Assembly (NCBI RefSeq): GCF_006345805.1
Contig: NW_021835933.1
Location: forward strand, 1 to 37,461
Source of the DNA: Octopus sinensis
Taxonomy: Eukaryota
Length of the DNA: 37,461 nucleotides
Direction: 5' to 3'
Shown: piece by piece, positions 33,871 through 37,461 of the stretch
Layout: each line of letters opens with the position of its first letter
Numbering within the stretch: position 1 is the first letter of the stretch
Notes under the pieces: generated by a model
What the model saw: only the letters and a program-made list of their open reading frames with translations
The model's database searches: none
Told to the model about the DNA's origin: nothing
Translations under genes and position numbers: made by a program

Positions 33871-34519
33871 TTGATATTATGAAAAAAATAAACCTTTTGT
33901 GAGCATAAAATCAAAAAGATGTTCATTTAAAATTTTATTTAACAATTCTAATCTTTAGTCGTTATTTTTCATTTGTTGAAAAATGATCTGCTGTGATTGT
34001 TGGAAAATGATCCGTTATGATCTGTTATTTCTGTTTGACAAAAATTCTCTTCAACATATAATTATTTGTTATAAAATGTCACGGGTTGGATAATACTTTT
34101 TTAAAAAATCCCTGATAATTAATTTAAAATAACTGATAATGGAATTAAGTCGATTAGAGTCATATTTTTTATGACGACTTTTGTGTATATTTTTAAAAAT
34201 CATCATTCATATTTTTAAGTGCGCACGTATCTTTATCAAAAATTCAAACTAAAAAATATATATAATATTAAATTCCCCATAACAAAGTTTATCTTTTAAA
34301 TAATAAACAAAGAAACTCCTAATAGAAATTCAAAGTGGCCAGAAACCCGAGAATGCCTGACGTTTGAGGTCCCCCCAATTATGGGTTGCACAATAAGATG
34401 ATTAATTATGTGATGAAGATAAGGAATAACACAGAAAGAGGTTGAAAAGGCATCTTGTTTTGACTACATCTTCTAGATATTGTCATAGAAAGCACCTGCA
34501 CTTCTGATAGGAGCAGTGA

Positions 34520-34925
34520 CAATCATGTGTGACGCTAGCTGGACGTTTGGACACGTTCCGGCAGCGTGAAAACATACGATCGTTAGAGTGATACCCAAAT
34601 ACGGTAAATCGACATTGTTAGCAGCGAACTATTGGTCGATTAGCCTTACCTGTGTTTTCTCTAAAAAATGGAAAAGATTGTATATAACGGACTTATATGG
34701 AAAATGGAGTTATATGGAATCACTATATTTGCTTTCACCCATACAATGTGGATTCCTCGAAGGAAGATACACAGGGGACTGTTTCAAGGAGCTAGAACAC
34801 CAAGAATCTCGTGCTTAGAGAAACAATGCTTGGGTAACTTTGTTGTTTCTGGACTTGGCAAAAGTTTCGATAGCGTGTGGCACCGGACCTACTTGCGAGA
34901 GCTTAAGAAACCAAAGGCGGAATGA
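34520..34925 (+). mobile_element. Decayed LINE RT fragment (I/Jockey-like)
   Basis: IPKYGK..NYWSISLTCVFSK..LLSPIQCGF..GRYTGD and GKSFDSVWH (RT domains 0-3), frameshifted. Confidence 0.7.
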
Positions 34926-35878
34926 AGATTTATCGATTAGGATGTTTAACATCAGATATTAAAGCACTTGGAGTTAATCATAAGTACGTGTTTAAAAACG
35001 TTCTTACTTTTATACAAAATTTTATCGATTTCAGGAAAAGTACAGATACTCAGACTGTAGAGAGGATGTAGAAAAGTTCAAAATGACTTAATACAGAGAG
35101 GTACCGCGCGTCACTTTATGCATACCTTGTCGTTAGAAACAATTTAAACACATTATTTAGAATTTTTCTGGAAAAAACAAGTAACCGAGTTGAACAGCGC
35201 ATTTGACGAACTGCTATGTTCCATAGTTGCTTTTTGTCCTCCAAAAATAACATTTCCACCAATAGCCGATGAGACATCCGAAATTATCGGATCTTTCTTC
35301 GTCGGCTGGGAACGAAGATTTCAACGGTAAACAAGGATCCCAACGAAACTCGCCATCTTTTCCAAATAATCTCGTTGGCAATCGTCTGACCGATTTAAAA
35401 TAATCTTTGTTTTTTATATTGTCTGATTAAATGCATATGCAGTAAAAAATTAAAAATAAATTTTCATAAACTTAATTCAACACTCAAAAGTTGGGAGTAT
35501 GAAACACGAGAATATCTTTTTATCTCCCCGTTAATAATTTTTCCTTGTTTTTTGGGTCTTTGCTTTTTCTTAAAAAAACTATTCAGTTCAATGATTTATA
35601 AAATTTAAATTTTATTCATATTTATTCAAATGAGATCAATATTTATTATAAAACAATCTTTTTTAGTTAAAATCAGGGATTCTCAATGTTTTCAATTGCC
35701 ACATATGGGTGTCCTTTATGGTTTGATGGAAAACTGGGTTTCAATGTCTCGTAGCTGAATGGCGAGTAGATGATGAGTTGAGCCCTGTGATTTGGAATTA
35801 CCAAAATCTATAAAAATAGACCATGTAACAGAAACGGTCATTTCAATCGTAAATTTTATTTGCTTTCGTCCTCTAAAT

Positions 35879-36589
35879 CAGTGATTCTCAACCGTGGTGC
35901 ATGTGCACCATTTTTGGTACATGGAAAATACTCGAATGGTGCATGGAAAAAAATTGGTACATGGTATTATTTTTTTTAATATTTTTTTATTATCAGTAAT
36001 TAGTACATTACAATGGTTAAACATTATCATTTGATACCTATAAATACTCGTGTCAATCACATGTCTGGTGGTAATTCATGTACGCCTCGGATTTATCGTA
36101 AAGAATATCTGAAATATGGATTTATCCCTTCCAGTGGAAACAAATCTAGGCCTTTTTGCATAATCTGCAAAATTTCTTTGGCCAATAGTTCAATGAAATT
36201 ATTAAGATTAATACACCATTTGAGGACTAGTCATTCAAATCTAATCGGATCTTCGCTTGAATATTTTCAAAATATAAAAAACAAGATTGATGATAAGGAA
36301 TGGATTGGGGATTTAGTCATGAATTATACGGTCTGGTATTTGCATTTATCGAAAAACTACACCTTTCATAATAAAAATGACTTAATCAATGAATTCGAAA
36401 CATGTTTAATTGATTTTAAAAAGGTCTACCTATTATGAAAATATTTTCGTCACCCATGGAAACAGATTCTGCAACCGCTTTGTATGTAGATCAGCTGGAG
36501 CTAATTGAAATACAGGTAGATTTACAACTTACCGCGCTATTTAAGTCAAGTGAACTTTGGATATTAAAGTCGAATTTCACAATGGAATA
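35879..36589 (+). mobile_element. hAT Buster/ZBED5-like remnant
   Basis: Left TIR cagtgattctcaac is preceded by ctctaaat. YRKEYLKYGF..PFCIICKISLANSSMK..HHLRTSH is followed, after an internal deletion, by C-terminal-like residues; the element is interrupted by the pogo at 36590. Confidence 0.78.
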
Positions 36590-37461
36590 CAGTCAACCCT
36601 CTCTATAATGAACAAAATGTCCACGTCAAATCATCATGTTCACTATTGTCTATAGTGAACAAAAGGAATCAAAATAACAATAAACAATGTTAAAGTATAA
36701 TTACAAAGATTCAATCACAGAGGTTTCACAACAAAAAAAAAATTACAAAGATTATTTAGAGATTTTAATCATGTAATCGGTGATTTTTGAGAATGATTAG
36801 TTTGATAATTTCTTAATTTTTTGTATTTCGTATACTTTTCCTCTTTGTTCATAATCATTCTCAAGAACCATAATTCAAGCGCCTTCGCTATTCACTAGCT
36901 TCATATAGTGTCGGAACATAAATTTTTTCATCTTCCTCTTCACAATGGTCTTGCTGTTTTAGTTTTCTCGCAAAGTTTTGTATAAAGTTTTCGTCGTCAA
37001 TTTGATCATTTTCATGAATCAAAAATTTTCATCATCTATTCTTCTATTTCTGTCAGGTTCTGTTTAACGCATTTTCAAATGCTTTCTTGAAACAATTTGT
37101 AATTGTTAATTCCGACACTTCTAACCAAGCTTGATTTATGAATATCAAGCAATTCAATAGAGTGAATTTCTTCTTAACTTTCCGTAACTTTTTCGTAATC
37201 TACATTGTCATCATTAGTATAAAATTCATCAAGTGTGCACATAGGAGTTGTCTATACCTGTCTTTGAATGATTTTATTATTCCTTGATCAAGGGGTTGTA
37301 ACTTCGATGTTGTATTTGGAGGGAAAAAAAGAGTTCGATGTTACTGAACTCTAAATCACGTGAGTGTACAGTCGCATTATCAAGTAGAATTAGAATTTTT
37401 CTTTTTTTTTGCAAAATCATTTTTTTGTTCAATTCTATGAGCCATTCTGAGAAATAACCAT
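36590..37461 (-). mobile_element. 3' part of a pogo/Tigger-like transposon (runs off the window)
   Basis: TA|cagtcaaccctctctataatgaac terminus; the minus strand encodes FPPNTTSKLQPLDQGIIKSFK (DDE_1) and an acidic C-terminal tail. Confidence 0.85.

Noticed and set aside
609-36060. Most short ORFs in the supplied track (e.g. 609-833, 3029-3437, 4879-5064, 8732-9013, 12881-13075, 21018-21239, 27297-27521, 33661-33858)
   Set aside because: They are antisense or out-of-frame shadows of real genes and TEs, or low-complexity T-rich sequence with no motifs.

Overview
AT-rich (~30% GC) eukaryotic nuclear DNA from a metazoan with very short spliceosomal introns (mostly 21-38 nt) and the standard genetic code; the ORF track misses most real genes because of these mini-introns. 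Host genes reconstructed by hand: a secreted GH18 chitinase-like gene (660-2258, +) whose catalytic DxDxE motif reads DxNxE; its paralogue with an intact active site, broken by a CRE retrotransposon in intron 1 and a Helitron-associated insertion/deletion (5274-10779, +); a three-domain gelsolin/severin-like gene (-); an unidentified tail-anchored protein gene (-); MRPL13 (-) head-to-head with an Sfp-type phosphopantetheinyl transferase (AASDHPPT, +); a full-length U2 snRNA (-); and coatomer epsilon (COPE, -). A near-identical 4.65 kb tandem duplication (22913-27563 / 27564-32201) doubles AASDHPPT, U2 and several TE remnants. Much of the rest is nested, decayed transposons (CRE/RLE-type, RTE-like and APE-type LINEs, mariner, pogo/Tigger, hAT, Helitron, a SINE-like element). 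Single-base homopolymer differences between the duplicate copies suggest long-read indel errors, so single-base frameshifts are not reliable evidence of pseudogenisation. All family assignments come from motif recognition and general knowledge, not database searches.
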